Of a stretch of DNA of 64,000 nucleotides, positions 41,719 through 52,336 are shown piece after piece. The stretch is from Pseudomonadota bacterium (GTDB taxonomy: Bacteria; Pseudomonadota; Gammaproteobacteria; Steroidobacterales; Rariloculaceae). Positions within the stretch are counted from its first letter, which is position 1. The number at the start of each line of letters is the position of its first letter. Under the pieces are notes generated by a model. The model saw only the letters and a list, made by a program, of their open reading frames with translations, had not been told where the DNA came from and did no database searches. The stretch lies in assembly GCA_036337035.1 (NCBI GenBank), contig JAYZFC010000008.1:3213-67212 (forward strand). The letters run 5' to 3'. The translations under genes were made by a program, and so were the position numbers.

Positions 41719-42909
41719 TTAATTATTAGACTTATTTAGCAAGTTATATATAGCTTTCGCAGAGTTTTTGCTAGCATTAATTCTAAGTTTTTTATGAATT
41801 TCATTAAACATTTTTTTTTGATTTTCAAAATTCTCAGGGTGTTTTAAGATAGACTCTAAAGTCTTTCCCATTTTATCAGGCCTAACCTCTTCCTGAGAAT
41901 ATTCAGGAACATGTTTTGAGTTAGCAAGAAGATTGGGTAAGCTAAAATAAGATAGCTTTTCTAAACCTAATTTATTGAAAATCCAATAAGAAATACTTGA
42001 AACTATGTATGCAACCACCATAGGTTTCTTTATAAGAGCAGCCTCAAGAGATGCTGTTCCCGAAGCAGTCAAAACAACATCAGACGCTGAAATTACAGAT
42101 CTAGCCTTTCCTATAATAATTTTAAATCTATCATCTGCATTTATCTTACTCATAAGGTTTTTATTGTTCTTTAAAAGAACTTTTAAACTATCCTCATCTG
42201 ATAATGCAATTAAAACTAATAGATTAGAAAATCTATTTAATAGCCATTGGGCAGTCTTTATAAATGGTTCTGCAAGATATTGTATCTCACTAGACCTACT
42301 ACCTGGAAGAATGGCTAGAACTTTCTGACTATCATTAATATCAAATTCCTTTCTATCAAAATTATAATCTATTTCATAAGGTATCTGATCTGCTATTGGA
42401 TGACCTACAAATAAAGATTCTACTTTATTAGACTCATAAAAACTTTGCTCGAAGGGAAGAATGCACAACATGAGATCAACTGAATCTTTTATTTTTCTTA
42501 CTCTAGACTGTCTCCAAGCCCAAACTTGTGGGCTAACATATTGAACCACAGGAATATCTAACTTTTTCAATGAATAGCCTATAGGTAAATTAAAATCTGG
42601 AGCATCTATACCTATAAATAAATCAGGTTTTATCTTCTTTATTTTATTTATTAAATTAAACCTTAGCCACAATATTCTAGGTAAATGTCTTAAAACCTCT
42701 AACAATCCCATTACTGATAGCTGATCTACTTTATAAAAAGCTTTGCAGCCTTGACTAATCATTTTTGGACCAGCTACTCCATAAAATTCTGCTTGAGGAA
42801 ATAATAGCTTAAGATCTTTGATTAGTTCTGAACCTAGATTATCCCCAGAAATCTCGCCTGCACAAATAGCAATCTTAATTTTCTTCAAATATGGATAATC
42901 CTTCTTCAC
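41719..42909 (-). CDS. lpxB: lipid-A-disaccharide synthase
   Basis: 396 aa. N-terminal IAICAGEISGD and the YVSPQVWAWR motif. Confidence 0.92.
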   Translation of the reverse strand: MKKDYPYLKKIKIAICAGEISGDNLGSELIKDLKLLFPQAEFYGVAGPKMISQGCKAFYKVDQLSVMGLLEVLRHLPRILWLRFNLINKIKKIKPDLFIGIDAPDFNLPIGYSLKKLDIPVVQYVSPQVWAWRQSRVRKIKDSVDLMLCILPFEQSFYESNKVESLFVGHPIADQIPYEIDYNFDRKEFDINDSQKVLAILPGSRSSEIQYLAEPFIKTAQWLLNRFSNLLVLIALSDEDSLKVLLKNNKNLMSKINADDRFKIIIGKARSVISASDVVLTASGTASLEAALIKKPMVVAYIVSSISYWIFNKLGLEKLSYFSLPNLLANSKHVPEYSQEEVRPDKMGKTLESILKHPENFENQKKMFNEIHKKLRINASKNSAKAIYNLLNKSNN

Positions 42910-42911
42910 GC

Positions 42912-43682
42912 CTATCTTACAATACTTCTAGATCCATTATTTAGAGATTCTAACATAGGCAATATTTCCTTATTATTTTTGCTAATTATCTGAAGGCGGC
43001 TTATCGCTTCTTCTAACTTTAGGCCCTTACGGTAGATAATCCTATAAGCTTCTTTAATATTTTGTATGCTGATATTATCAAAGTTTTTTCTTTTAAGACC
43101 TTCTAAATTAACCCCTCTTGGTTCTGCAGGCCTGCCAGATACAACTACATATGCTGGAATATCTTTAGTAATATATGTAAACATACTAGAAAAACTATAT
43201 GGGCCTATTCTGCAATACTGGTGGGCTGTGGTGAAACCTCCTAATATTGCCCAATCTTCAACTTTAACATGGCCTGCTATTGAAGCATTATTAGCAAATA
43301 TAGTATTGTTTCCAACTATGCAATCATGTGCTATATGAGCATAAGCCATTATCCAATTATCATCTCCAATAATCGTTACACCATTGTCTTGAATAGTTCC
43401 TCGATTAATTGTACAACCTTCCCTTATTGTGTTTCTCTCACCTATAATTAACTTGGTAGGTTCTCCTGAATATTTCTTGTCTTGAGGGCTATCTCCTATA
43501 GATGAAAATTGAAAAATATGATTATCGCATCCTATAACAGTTGGACCTTTTATCACTGCATTAGCCTCTATGATGCTACCTTGCATAATTTCTACATTTG
43601 GACCTATAACTGAATAAGGGCCGATAGAAACATTTTTATGAATCTTAGAATCTTTCGAGATAATTGCTGTTTTATGTATCAT
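42912..43682 (-). CDS. lpxA: acyl-ACP--UDP-N-acetylglucosamine O-acyltransferase
   Basis: 256 aa with hexapeptide-repeat left-handed beta-helix periodicity. Lies in the conserved fabZ-lpxA-lpxB position. Confidence 0.92.
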   Translation of the reverse strand: MIHKTAIISKDSKIHKNVSIGPYSVIGPNVEIMQGSIIEANAVIKGPTVIGCDNHIFQFSSIGDSPQDKKYSGEPTKLIIGERNTIREGCTINRGTIQDNGVTIIGDDNWIMAYAHIAHDCIVGNNTIFANNASIAGHVKVEDWAILGGFTTAHQYCRIGPYSFSSMFTYITKDIPAYVVVSGRPAEPRGVNLEGLKRKNFDNISIQNIKEAYRIIYRKGLKLEEAISRLQIISKNNKEILPMLESLNNGSRSIVR

Positions 43683-44130
43683 TATAAATTCCTGGAGATT
43701 CTAAGAGCTCAGCAGTAGCACACACAATTCCTCCTACTTCAACCTTTGTCTTAAATCGCCAAAGATTGCTTCTACTAGTAATAATCTCAGCAGTAATTTT
43801 CATTTCATCGCCAGGCATGACTGGCTTCCTAAATCTTGCCTTTTCTACACCAACTAAATATAAAATAAAATTTCTATTTTTAACTGGAACAGTATCCCAA
43901 ACTAATACCCCTGCTGCTTGACCCATTGCCTCAATTATTAAAACGCCTGGCATAACTGGGTGAGTCGGGAAGTGTCCTTCAAAATACACTTCGCTAGACA
44001 ATACCTTTCTAGTAGCAACAATATTTTTACCAGGATTACAGGAGATAACAAAATCTAAAAATAGAAAAGGTTCTCTCTGGGGTATTCTTTCCTTTATTCC
44101 ATCGAGGTTATACAGATAATTATTTTTCAA
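43672..44130 (-). CDS. fabZ: 3-hydroxyacyl-ACP dehydratase FabZ
   Basis: 152 aa. Hotdog-fold motif FEGHFPTHPVMPGVLIIEAMGQ. Confidence 0.94.
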   Translation of the reverse strand: MKNNYLYNLDGIKERIPQREPFLFLDFVISCNPGKNIVATRKVLSSEVYFEGHFPTHPVMPGVLIIEAMGQAAGVLVWDTVPVKNRNFILYLVGVEKARFRKPVMPGDEMKITAEIITSRSNLWRFKTKVEVGGIVCATAELLESPGIYNDT

Positions 44131-44131
44131 G

Positions 44132-45139
44132 CTATCTCCTCTCTCTCCCTCTTATTTTTTTAAATAATTTATCTAAATCTTTTAGTCTAATAATATTCCT
44201 TTTCCATATATTTGCTTCTTGAGCTGGTATAACTCCAGAATAAGTTCCAGATGTAGAAATAGACTTAACAACAGTTGTTTTAGCATTAATATAAACATCA
44301 TCTGTAATATTTAAATGACCTATGATTGAAGCTCCACCTCCAAGCCTACACCTTTTTCCTATAATGGTACTACCAGCAACTGCACTACACCCAGCTATAG
44401 CTGTAAATTCTCCAATTCTGACATTATGGCCTATATGAACAAGGTTATCTATCTTAACGCCTTTACCAATAAAGGTATCATCAATTGTTCCACAATCAAT
44501 GGTAGAGTTTGCACCAATCTCTACATCGGAATCAATCTTTACACCTCCTAATTGGGGAATAGATTTCCATTCATCATTATCATTAGCAAACCCAAAACCA
44601 TCAGAGCCAATCACACAACCAGGATGCAAAAAACATCCTTTACCTATTTGAACATTGCTCTTTATAGTGACATTTTCACTTATGACAGTATCACTCTTTA
44701 TAATTGAATTTGGCCCAATAACAGTATTCGGAGCAATAATTACATTATCTCCTATAAAAACATTATCCTTAATCACTACATTTTCAGATATTTCTGCAGT
44801 AGAGGAAATGTTTGATCTTTCAGAGATTACTGATGTTATATGTTTGATCCCATTTGATTTAGGGAGTGGATAAAGATATCTTGCTGCTTTTGCATATGCG
44901 AGATATGGATCATTAGACAAAATACAAGATGATGGACACTTATCTTTCATATTTTCTGTTAATATGACACACCCAGCTTTTGTCTTAGATAGTATGTTAG
45001 CTTTATTGGAATCTAGAAAAAAACATAATGAATTTTTTTCCGCTTTTTCCAAAGTAGAAACACTATCAACTATCTGATCTGGATCACCATCAAGCTTGCA
45101 ATTAAGAAAATCAGCAAGTTCTCCTAATTTAGCTGGCAT
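44132..45139 (-). CDS. lpxD: UDP-3-O-(3-hydroxyacyl)glucosamine N-acyltransferase
   Basis: 335 aa with hexapeptide repeats. Lies in the conserved skp-lpxD-fabZ position. Confidence 0.92.
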   Translation of the reverse strand: MPAKLGELADFLNCKLDGDPDQIVDSVSTLEKAEKNSLCFFLDSNKANILSKTKAGCVILTENMKDKCPSSCILSNDPYLAYAKAARYLYPLPKSNGIKHITSVISERSNISSTAEISENVVIKDNVFIGDNVIIAPNTVIGPNSIIKSDTVISENVTIKSNVQIGKGCFLHPGCVIGSDGFGFANDNDEWKSIPQLGGVKIDSDVEIGANSTIDCGTIDDTFIGKGVKIDNLVHIGHNVRIGEFTAIAGCSAVAGSTIIGKRCRLGGGASIIGHLNITDDVYINAKTTVVKSISTSGTYSGVIPAQEANIWKRNIIRLKDLDKLFKKIRGRERR

Positions 45140-45150
45140 AGAAAAAAAAA

Positions 45151-45699
45151 TTAGTTAGTGGTATCAAAATTATTTTGTAAAGTCTGGAGAACTTCATCAG
45201 TAATATCGATAGCAATACTGAAGTAAAGCGCATCCGCTACTACTAAATCATAATCTTCAGAGCTAGAAAATTGGTTAATAGCATCAACAAGAATGCCTTG
45301 CAGCTCACTGAGCTCTTGATTCTGTCTTAAATTAAAATCTTCTGATGCTTGCTCTTGCTCTCTAGTAAGATCTCTTTGTTCATTAGAAATTTCTCTTTCA
45401 AGCCTTTGTCGCTCCTCCTCGCCCATAACTGCAGCATCTCTCTCATATAGCTCTACCTTTTCTTGCAAAGAAGTTTGAATAGCTATAATTTCTCTCTCCC
45501 TCGGAGAAAATTCCTGTTGCAATGTTTCCATTACAGAAATATATTGAGGAGACTGGCTTAATAATCTAGAGACATCAACAACACCTATTTTAATACCTCC
45601 CTCTTGAGCAATGATGGTGCTGCTACTAAAAAACAGTATCAAAACTGGAACTATCCTAGCAACTAAAAAACTCATAAAATCTAAACTTTTACTATTCAT
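45151..45699 (-). CDS. skp: periplasmic chaperone Skp (OmpH)
   Basis: 182 aa. A signal peptide is followed by a Glu/Gln/Arg-rich coiled-coil body. Located between bamA and lpxD. Confidence 0.85.
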   Translation of the reverse strand: MNSKSLDFMSFLVARIVPVLILFFSSSTIIAQEGGIKIGVVDVSRLLSQSPQYISVMETLQQEFSPREREIIAIQTSLQEKVELYERDAAVMGEEERQRLEREISNEQRDLTREQEQASEDFNLRQNQELSELQGILVDAINQFSSSEDYDLVVADALYFSIAIDITDEVLQTLQNNFDTTN

Positions 45700-45728
45700 A
45701 ATAATTACCTACCTCATAAAAAAATAAA

Positions 45729-48122
45729 TTAAAACGCATTACCTACGGTAAATTGAAATTCTTCTGTCTCATCTCCATAAAAACGCTCAGTGGTAACCTT
45801 ATTATTTAAAGGTTGACCATAACTAAACCTCAATAAACCAAGAGGAGCTAACCATTCTACGCCAATTCCAAATGAACGTTTAAGATTATTTGGGTTATAT
45901 TTATATTCATCAGTAATATCTCCTAATCTATCACGAAAAGTTACGCCTCCAGTAGAAAATACATTACCAATATCATAAAACAAGGACAATCTTGCTGATG
46001 TCTCAAATTGCTCAGGCATTGGTACTATTAACTCTAATTGTGATATGGCTTTAACATTGCCCCCATAAGGATTTCCCCAGGAATCCTTTGGGCCTAAACG
46101 GCTCTCTCTATAGCCTCTAACCGATCCAGGACCACCAGCAAAAAAGTTTCTATATGGTGGTATTGCGGTTGTTTTATTTCCATATGGATTACCATAAGCT
46201 AAATCAGAGTTAAATCTAAGAATCCATCTTCCAGTAATTGGAAAATATTGTGTATAACGAATATTAGCAACATAATATTCTACATCACTTCCTGGTATTG
46301 AAGCATTAACACTAAATCCAAGTCTTGTGCCATCAGTAGGAAAAATAAATCTATTTCTAGAATCATAAATCCAGCCAGTTGTAAGCTCTATAGTTTCAGC
46401 CTTAGTACCAAAAAATTCCCCATCTCCTGAAACGCTAAAAACTTTCCCGTTCGATTTAACCCACTCATTAGACTGCTCAGAGCTATAAAAACTAGTTGCC
46501 ATCTCAGTATCTGAATAGGCAAAACCAAATTGAAGATACTGATATTCAGTTATTGGGTAAGACCAATCAGCACCTAAGGAATAAGTTTCTGTAGAAAAAG
46601 CTGAACTGGCAGAAGTAAACTGAGTAATATCCCTAAAAGAAAAAGATAAGGTCTGAGATAGTCCATCCATAGTTTTATATGGGTCTGTATAATTCAAAGT
46701 ATAGAATGAAGAATACTTGCCTCCACTCATATTCAATGCCACCCTATCTCCCGAGCCCATAAAATTTGAATGAATAAAATTAGCATTAAGCTGGCCTCCC
46801 CAAGTTTCGGAATAACCTATTCCTCCACCAAATTGACCTGGTAAACCTTCTTCTATTTCAAAATCAATATCTACTAAATCTGTCTCTCCTAGTACAGGGT
46901 TTGTTTCGTACTCAACACTTTCAACATAAGGAAGTCTCTGAAGCCTAATCTGCGATCTATCTAATAATGTATTTGATAAATAGCCGCCTTCTAATTGACG
47001 CATTTCTCTTCTAAAGACTTCATCATTAACATTATCTGTATTATTAAAATTTATTCTTCTAACATATACTCTATCTTGAGAATCTAAAAAGAAAGTTATT
47101 TCAGCTTCATTATTTTCTCTATCTAATTCTGGAATTGCAACAATCTCTGCAAATGAATAGCCATCTTGCCCCAAACGAAGACGAATTAGCTCTTCACTAC
47201 TAGTGAGCAATTGTTGTGAAAAAATTTGTCCAGGACTTGCCAATATAAGGTCAGTTATCTCATCTCTAGGTACTACAAGATCACCAGCAATCTTGATATC
47301 TGAAATTTTATAGCTCTCCCCTTCAACGATATTTATCGTTATAAATATGTCTTGCTTATCAGGAGAAATTGCTACCTGTACACTATCCGATCTAAAATCT
47401 GCAAAGCCCCTATCCATATAAAAAGACCTTAAAGTTTCAAGATCTCCTTCTAAGGCTTCTTTAGAATATCTATCATCATTACGAAAAAAAGATAATAAAT
47501 TACCTGTCTTTAGCTCAAACTCATTTAATATTTCATTATCACCAAAACTAGTATTGCCAACTACATTAATCTGTCTAATCTTAGCCCTATCCCCTTCAGC
47601 TATCTCAATTGCTAATCTAACTCTGTTATCTGAAAGCTCTTCTATAGGAGTTCTTACCTGAACAGCATATTTTCCCTGACTATAATATTGCTCGGTTAAT
47701 GCTCTTTTAATTTCGAGCAAAACAGATTGGTCAAATATTTTTCCTACTGTCAACCCAACATCGGTTAATGATTGCTCTAGCTGTTCAGTTTCAATATCTT
47801 TATTACCAGAAATAGTAAAAGCTTCTATAGATGGTCTTTCAAGAACCACAATAATTAAAGCATCTTCATCTCGGCGAAACTCTATATTTTGAAAAAATCC
47901 AGTTGAATATATTGCTTTAATAGCTTCTTGAACTCTCTGATCTGTAATAGTATCTCCTAAATTGATAGGTAAGTAGTTAAAAATAGTTCCTTCAGAAATA
48001 CGTTGAGCTCCTTCAACTCTAAAGTCATTCACTACCCACGGATCAAAAGAAAAGGCACTTTGTGAATTAAAAAGATAAACTAAAATGCACAAAGATAAGT
48101 TATATTTTATTGATATATTCAT
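45729..48122 (-). CDS. bamA: outer-membrane protein assembly factor BamA
   Basis: 797 aa. Signal peptide, five POTRA-length repeats and a C-terminal 16-strand-length barrel ending FQFTVGNAF. Confidence 0.95.
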   Translation of the reverse strand: MNISIKYNLSLCILVYLFNSQSAFSFDPWVVNDFRVEGAQRISEGTIFNYLPINLGDTITDQRVQEAIKAIYSTGFFQNIEFRRDEDALIIVVLERPSIEAFTISGNKDIETEQLEQSLTDVGLTVGKIFDQSVLLEIKRALTEQYYSQGKYAVQVRTPIEELSDNRVRLAIEIAEGDRAKIRQINVVGNTSFGDNEILNEFELKTGNLLSFFRNDDRYSKEALEGDLETLRSFYMDRGFADFRSDSVQVAISPDKQDIFITINIVEGESYKISDIKIAGDLVVPRDEITDLILASPGQIFSQQLLTSSEELIRLRLGQDGYSFAEIVAIPELDRENNEAEITFFLDSQDRVYVRRINFNNTDNVNDEVFRREMRQLEGGYLSNTLLDRSQIRLQRLPYVESVEYETNPVLGETDLVDIDFEIEEGLPGQFGGGIGYSETWGGQLNANFIHSNFMGSGDRVALNMSGGKYSSFYTLNYTDPYKTMDGLSQTLSFSFRDITQFTSASSAFSTETYSLGADWSYPITEYQYLQFGFAYSDTEMATSFYSSEQSNEWVKSNGKVFSVSGDGEFFGTKAETIELTTGWIYDSRNRFIFPTDGTRLGFSVNASIPGSDVEYYVANIRYTQYFPITGRWILRFNSDLAYGNPYGNKTTAIPPYRNFFAGGPGSVRGYRESRLGPKDSWGNPYGGNVKAISQLELIVPMPEQFETSARLSLFYDIGNVFSTGGVTFRDRLGDITDEYKYNPNNLKRSFGIGVEWLAPLGLLRFSYGQPLNNKVTTERFYGDETEEFQFTVGNAF

Positions 48123-49492
48123 GATATAAGTCTAATAAAATCATTATAAAAAGCAAAACTAATAATCATTGCGATCAAAACTAATCCTAAATTCTGAGAT
48201 ACTATTAGTGTTTTATCTGAGATAGGTGAACCTTTAACAAATTCAACTACTTGATAAACAATCTGACCTCCATCTAGTAACGGTATAGGCAATAAATTTA
48301 AAACACCAAGGCTGATACTGATGATTGCTAAAAAATTAATAAAAGACAATAAGCCGCTTTGGGCGCTATCTCCTGCATATACGGCAATATTGATAGGACC
48401 GCTTATATTTTTAGCTGATACATCTCCCATAATCATTTTACTAATCATTTTTAAAGTCATAACGCTCATTTGGAAGGTCTTAATAATTGATCTTTCGATA
48501 GAACCAAAGAAACCATGGCTTTCAATAACTACTGATTGGTTTAAAATTTCAGAAACCACTGCAATATTTTCTTTAACTCCAATTATTCCTATTGGTGCAT
48601 TGTTAATATTAGAATATCCTATTTGTAATGACTTAGTTAAATTTTCACCATTTCTTTGAATAATTACTTCTACGACCTTATTAGGTCTAATTTGGACATT
48701 GGTGACAAGATCTGAGAAATTATTTATTTTTATATTATCTAAATATAGAATTAAATCATTTCTAACTAGCCCTGCATTATCAGCAGGCATATTCTGAGAT
48801 ACATCTCCTAATATAGCCGGTCTTAAAGGCCCTGGCATAAATCCTAAACCTTTATATAGTTCTCCGGGCATGGTTAAATCCTTCTCTAAACCTCTAACAT
48901 CAAGCTCTAAATATCTAAAATTACCTAATTCATTAGAAGTTGTAATTTGAATTATTCCATCAGAAAGAATCTCATCCAAAATTGAGAGTGTTGCGGCCTC
49001 AAGTGTTGGTGTCAGATTATCACCAACTTTTACTATCATCTCGTCTGCAACCATGCCTGATATATCAGCAATTGAGCCTTCATCAATATAACCTATAGAA
49101 GGTTTATAATGAGTAACCCCAAAAGAAAAAATAACAAAATATGCAAAAATGGCAAAAATGAAATTAAATCCAGGACCGGCTAAGAGTACACAAACTCTTT
49201 GATATATTGGTCTTCTATTAAATGCTTTATGAAGCTCGCTTCTATCAACTTCGCCTTCTCTCTCATCAAGAAGTTTTACATAACCACCTAAAGGAATGGG
49301 GCTTAGAATATATTCAGTAGCGTCAGGTTTTTTTCCTACATATTTTAATAAGGGTTTGCCAAATCCTAAAGAAAACCTTAATACTTTAAAGCCTAATTTT
49401 TTAGCTACAATGTAATGCCCATACTCATGAATAGATACTAGTATGGAAAGAGCAATAATAAATGAAATAAGTGAAATAATTATTTGAGTCAT
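48119..49492 (-). CDS. rseP: sigma-E regulated intramembrane zinc metalloprotease RseP
   Basis: 457 aa. HEYGHY (HExxH) lies in the first TM segment, with PDZ-length central region(s) and a C-terminal NLLPIPLLDGG motif. Confidence 0.93.
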   Translation of the reverse strand: MTQIIISLISFIIALSILVSIHEYGHYIVAKKLGFKVLRFSLGFGKPLLKYVGKKPDATEYILSPIPLGGYVKLLDEREGEVDRSELHKAFNRRPIYQRVCVLLAGPGFNFIFAIFAYFVIFSFGVTHYKPSIGYIDEGSIADISGMVADEMIVKVGDNLTPTLEAATLSILDEILSDGIIQITTSNELGNFRYLELDVRGLEKDLTMPGELYKGLGFMPGPLRPAILGDVSQNMPADNAGLVRNDLILYLDNIKINNFSDLVTNVQIRPNKVVEVIIQRNGENLTKSLQIGYSNINNAPIGIIGVKENIAVVSEILNQSVVIESHGFFGSIERSIIKTFQMSVMTLKMISKMIMGDVSAKNISGPINIAVYAGDSAQSGLLSFINFLAIISISLGVLNLLPIPLLDGGQIVYQVVEFVKGSPISDKTLIVSQNLGLVLIAMIISFAFYNDFIRLIS

Positions 49493-49498
49493 ATTTTT

Positions 49499-50281
49499 TT
49501 AAATCATACCAGAAAAATTAAGACCTATAAAAAAGAATATTGAAGCAGCCAATGTACTATCTAGACGGTCAAGAATTCCGCCATGGCTAGGCAAAAAAAC
49601 ACCAGTATCTTTTAACCCCCTGTTTCTTTTAAGCATGCTTATAGAAAGATCACCTAATACAGAGGAAATAGAGACAATTGAGGAAAAAATAATAGAAGTA
49701 AGCAAAGGTAATGGAAAAAATAAAGCTAGAATTAGAGAAGCTATTAAAGTAAAAATGAATCCTCCAATAGCTCCTTCCCAGGTTTTATTAGGGCTAATAA
49801 TTGGAGCTAACTTTATTCTTCCAATTAGCTTACCAAAAAAATAAGAACCCACATCATTAGCCCAGACCATAATAAATAAAAATAGAAGATAGATAGCTGA
49901 TAATTCATGAAGATAAATTATTATAAATAATGATGGAAATAAAAGAAACGGGCATAACAATGCTATAACTATAGAATTGATATGGAATGGATAAAAATAA
50001 AAAGAAATAAAGAATAAAATCCAAAAAATGAATGCAAAATAAGCAGCTATATAAATATCGTATGTATTAAAAAAAATTGATAATAATAAAAACAATGCCA
50101 TAAATAGATTAAACAATAGTTTTTTATAAAATATATCAAAAGCTAATCCTGACCATTCCCAAATCGCTATCAACCATAAGGCTGTGAAAAAAAAACAAAA
50201 AACAAAGGTAGATGAATATATTATTAAAGCTATAATAAAAATTCCGAAAATAAATGCTGAAATTATCCTTGATAAGGTCAA
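49499..50281 (-). CDS. cdsA: phosphatidate cytidylyltransferase
   Basis: 260 aa and multi-TM. C-terminal signature SMLKRNRGLKDTGVFLPSHGGILDRLDS. Confidence 0.92.
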   Translation of the reverse strand: MTLSRIISAFIFGIFIIALIIYSSTFVFCFFFTALWLIAIWEWSGLAFDIFYKKLLFNLFMALFLLLSIFFNTYDIYIAAYFAFIFWILFFISFYFYPFHINSIVIALLCPFLLFPSLFIIIYLHELSAIYLLFLFIMVWANDVGSYFFGKLIGRIKLAPIISPNKTWEGAIGGFIFTLIASLILALFFPLPLLTSIIFSSIVSISSVLGDLSISMLKRNRGLKDTGVFLPSHGGILDRLDSTLAASIFFFIGLNFSGMI

Positions 50282-51021
50282 TTGATTTCCTCTATTTGTT
50301 TACTAACTTTTCCAAATCTTCTTTCCCTATTAGAATAAAAACTTATAGCCTTATCCAAATCATTCTCTGTAAAGGATGGCCATAAAATGTCTGTAAAATA
50401 AATTTCAGCATAAGCTATCTGCCATAAAAGAAAGTTACTTATCCTCTTCTCACCACCAGTTCTGATTAATAAGTCAACATCAGGAATCCTTGATGTCATA
50501 AGTTCTGATATAAATAAATCTTCGAGCTCTATTTCATTACTTTTGCCATTTTTTAAAACATAATCTACTAGTCTCTTTGAGGCCGAAATAATATCCTGTC
50601 TTCCACCATAAGAAATAGCTAGAATAAGATTCATATTTTTATTGTCTTTGGTTAAGTTTTTTGCATAATTTATCGATGATTGTATCTGCTCGCTAAGTAA
50701 TGTCGTATCTCCTATAAAGCTTAAACGAACTCCTTTATTATTTAGTTCATCAATCTCTGTTTTAAGTGAATTTAAAAAAAGATCCATAATCCAATTTACT
50801 TCTTCCGTTGGTCTAGACCAATTCTCAGCTGAAAAAATAAATAGTGTCAAAGAAGATATGCCTTTTTGCATACATGCTTTGATAATTTCTTTGGCAGGCT
50901 TAATACCAGACTTATGGCCAGTTTTTCTTGGTAGTGATTTTTTTTCGGCCCAGCGACCATTACCATCCATGATTATAGCTATATGATCTGGTATCGACAT
51001 ATTCATAAGATCATCTTTCAT
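50278..51021 (-). CDS. uppS: di-trans,poly-cis-undecaprenyl-diphosphate synthase
   Basis: 247 aa. HIAIIMDGNGRWA, and FSAENWSRP in place of the usual FSxENxxRP. Confidence 0.94.
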   Translation of the reverse strand: MKDDLMNMSIPDHIAIIMDGNGRWAEKKSLPRKTGHKSGIKPAKEIIKACMQKGISSLTLFIFSAENWSRPTEEVNWIMDLFLNSLKTEIDELNNKGVRLSFIGDTTLLSEQIQSSINYAKNLTKDNKNMNLILAISYGGRQDIISASKRLVDYVLKNGKSNEIELEDLFISELMTSRIPDVDLLIRTGGEKRISNFLLWQIAYAEIYFTDILWPSFTENDLDKAISFYSNRERRFGKVSKQIEEIN

Positions 51022-51029
51022 AAAAAAAA

Positions 51030-51587
51030 CTAGAACTCCATTATTTCTTCTTCTTTAGAAGCTGATAAATTATCCATTCTAGATGTCACATCATCTGTAT
51101 ATTTTTGAACCTCATCTTGAGACTTTCTTAGATCATCTTCTGTAATTTCTTTATCTTTAAGTAAATCTTTAATATCATTCAATGCATCTCTTCTTATATT
51201 TCTAACTGCAACTTTTGCAGATTCAAGCTCTCCTTTTACAATTTTTGCTAAATCTCTTCGTCGATCCTCTGTCATAGGAGGTAGGGGTACTCTAATCACA
51301 GCTCCAGCTGTAACAGGAGTAAGTCCTAAATCTGATACTAATATAGCCTTCTCAATAACAGCAACTGTCTGCTTATCCCAAGGAGAGATAACTAAATTTC
51401 TTGAGTCTTCAACAGTTATTGAGGCAACCTGGCTTAATGGGACTTCTGATCCATAATGCTCAATGCTTATATGCTCAAGTAAATCTGGATGTGCTCTTCC
51501 AGTTCTTATTTTCTTCAATTCGTCTTTGAAAGAAATAATACTCTTCTCCATCCTATCAAAAGCTGATTTCTTGACTTGTTCAATCAT
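51030..51587 (-). CDS. frr: ribosome recycling factor
   Basis: 185 aa. LKKIRTGRAHPDLL and VRNIRRDA motifs. Confidence 0.95.
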   Translation of the reverse strand: MIEQVKKSAFDRMEKSIISFKDELKKIRTGRAHPDLLEHISIEHYGSEVPLSQVASITVEDSRNLVISPWDKQTVAVIEKAILVSDLGLTPVTAGAVIRVPLPPMTEDRRRDLAKIVKGELESAKVAVRNIRRDALNDIKDLLKDKEITEDDLRKSQDEVQKYTDDVTSRMDNLSASKEEEIMEF

Positions 51588-51590
51588 ATT

Positions 51591-52310
51591 TTAATCTTCC
51601 ATGTTTGTAACAACTGTCCCGACATTGTCCCCTTTTAATAAACGAACCATGTCCCCCTTATTATTTATATTAAATACTACTAATGGTAATCTATTTTCTT
51701 TACACATCACAATTGAAGTAGCGTCCATGACGCCAAGATTCTTATCTAAAACATCATCATAGGTTAATCTCTTATACAAATGTGCATTTTTTGAAATAAC
51801 TGGATCACTTGAATATATGCCATTAACTTTTGTTGCTTTAATTAATAGATCAGCATTAATTTCTATTGCTCTTAGGCTAGCTGCTGTATCAGTAGTAAAA
51901 AAAGGGTTGCCCGTTCCGGCAGCAAAAATAACTACTCGTTTTTTTTCAAGATGTCTAATAGCCCTTCTTCTAATATAATCTTCGCAAACATCATTAACTT
52001 TAATCGCTGACATTACGCGCGCTACCACACCTTCTTTCTCAAGTGCATCTTGTAAAGCTAGAGCATTCATTACAGTAGCTAGCATCCCCATATGATCAGC
52101 AGTAACTCTATCAATACCAGATTCCGCAAGACCCACACCGCGAAATATATTTCCACCTCCAACTACTAGACCTATCTCTACATCTAAATCTAATACTCTT
52201 GAAATATCTTGAGCTATTCTTTTTATAATTGAAGGTTTGATACCGCTTTTTTGAGACCCCATAAGAGCTTCTCCACTTAATTTCAAAAGCACTCTCTTAT
52301 AAGGCTGCAT
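51591..52310 (-). CDS. pyrH: UMP kinase
   Basis: 239 aa. [11 protein letters not shown] and [10 protein letters not shown] motifs. Confidence 0.95.
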   Translation of the reverse strand: MQPYKRVLLKLSGEALMGSQKSGIKPSIIKRIAQDISRVLDLDVEIGLVVGGGNIFRGVGLAESGIDRVTADHMGMLATVMNALALQDALEKEGVVARVMSAIKVNDVCEDYIRRRAIRHLEKKRVVIFAAGTGNPFFTTDTAASLRAIEINADLLIKATKVNGIYSSDPVISKNAHLYKRLTYDDVLDKNLGVMDATSIVMCKENRLPLVVFNINNKGDMVRLLKGDNVGTVVTNMED

Positions 52311-52336
52311 CTCTCTAGATCTCCAAATTAAAATAT

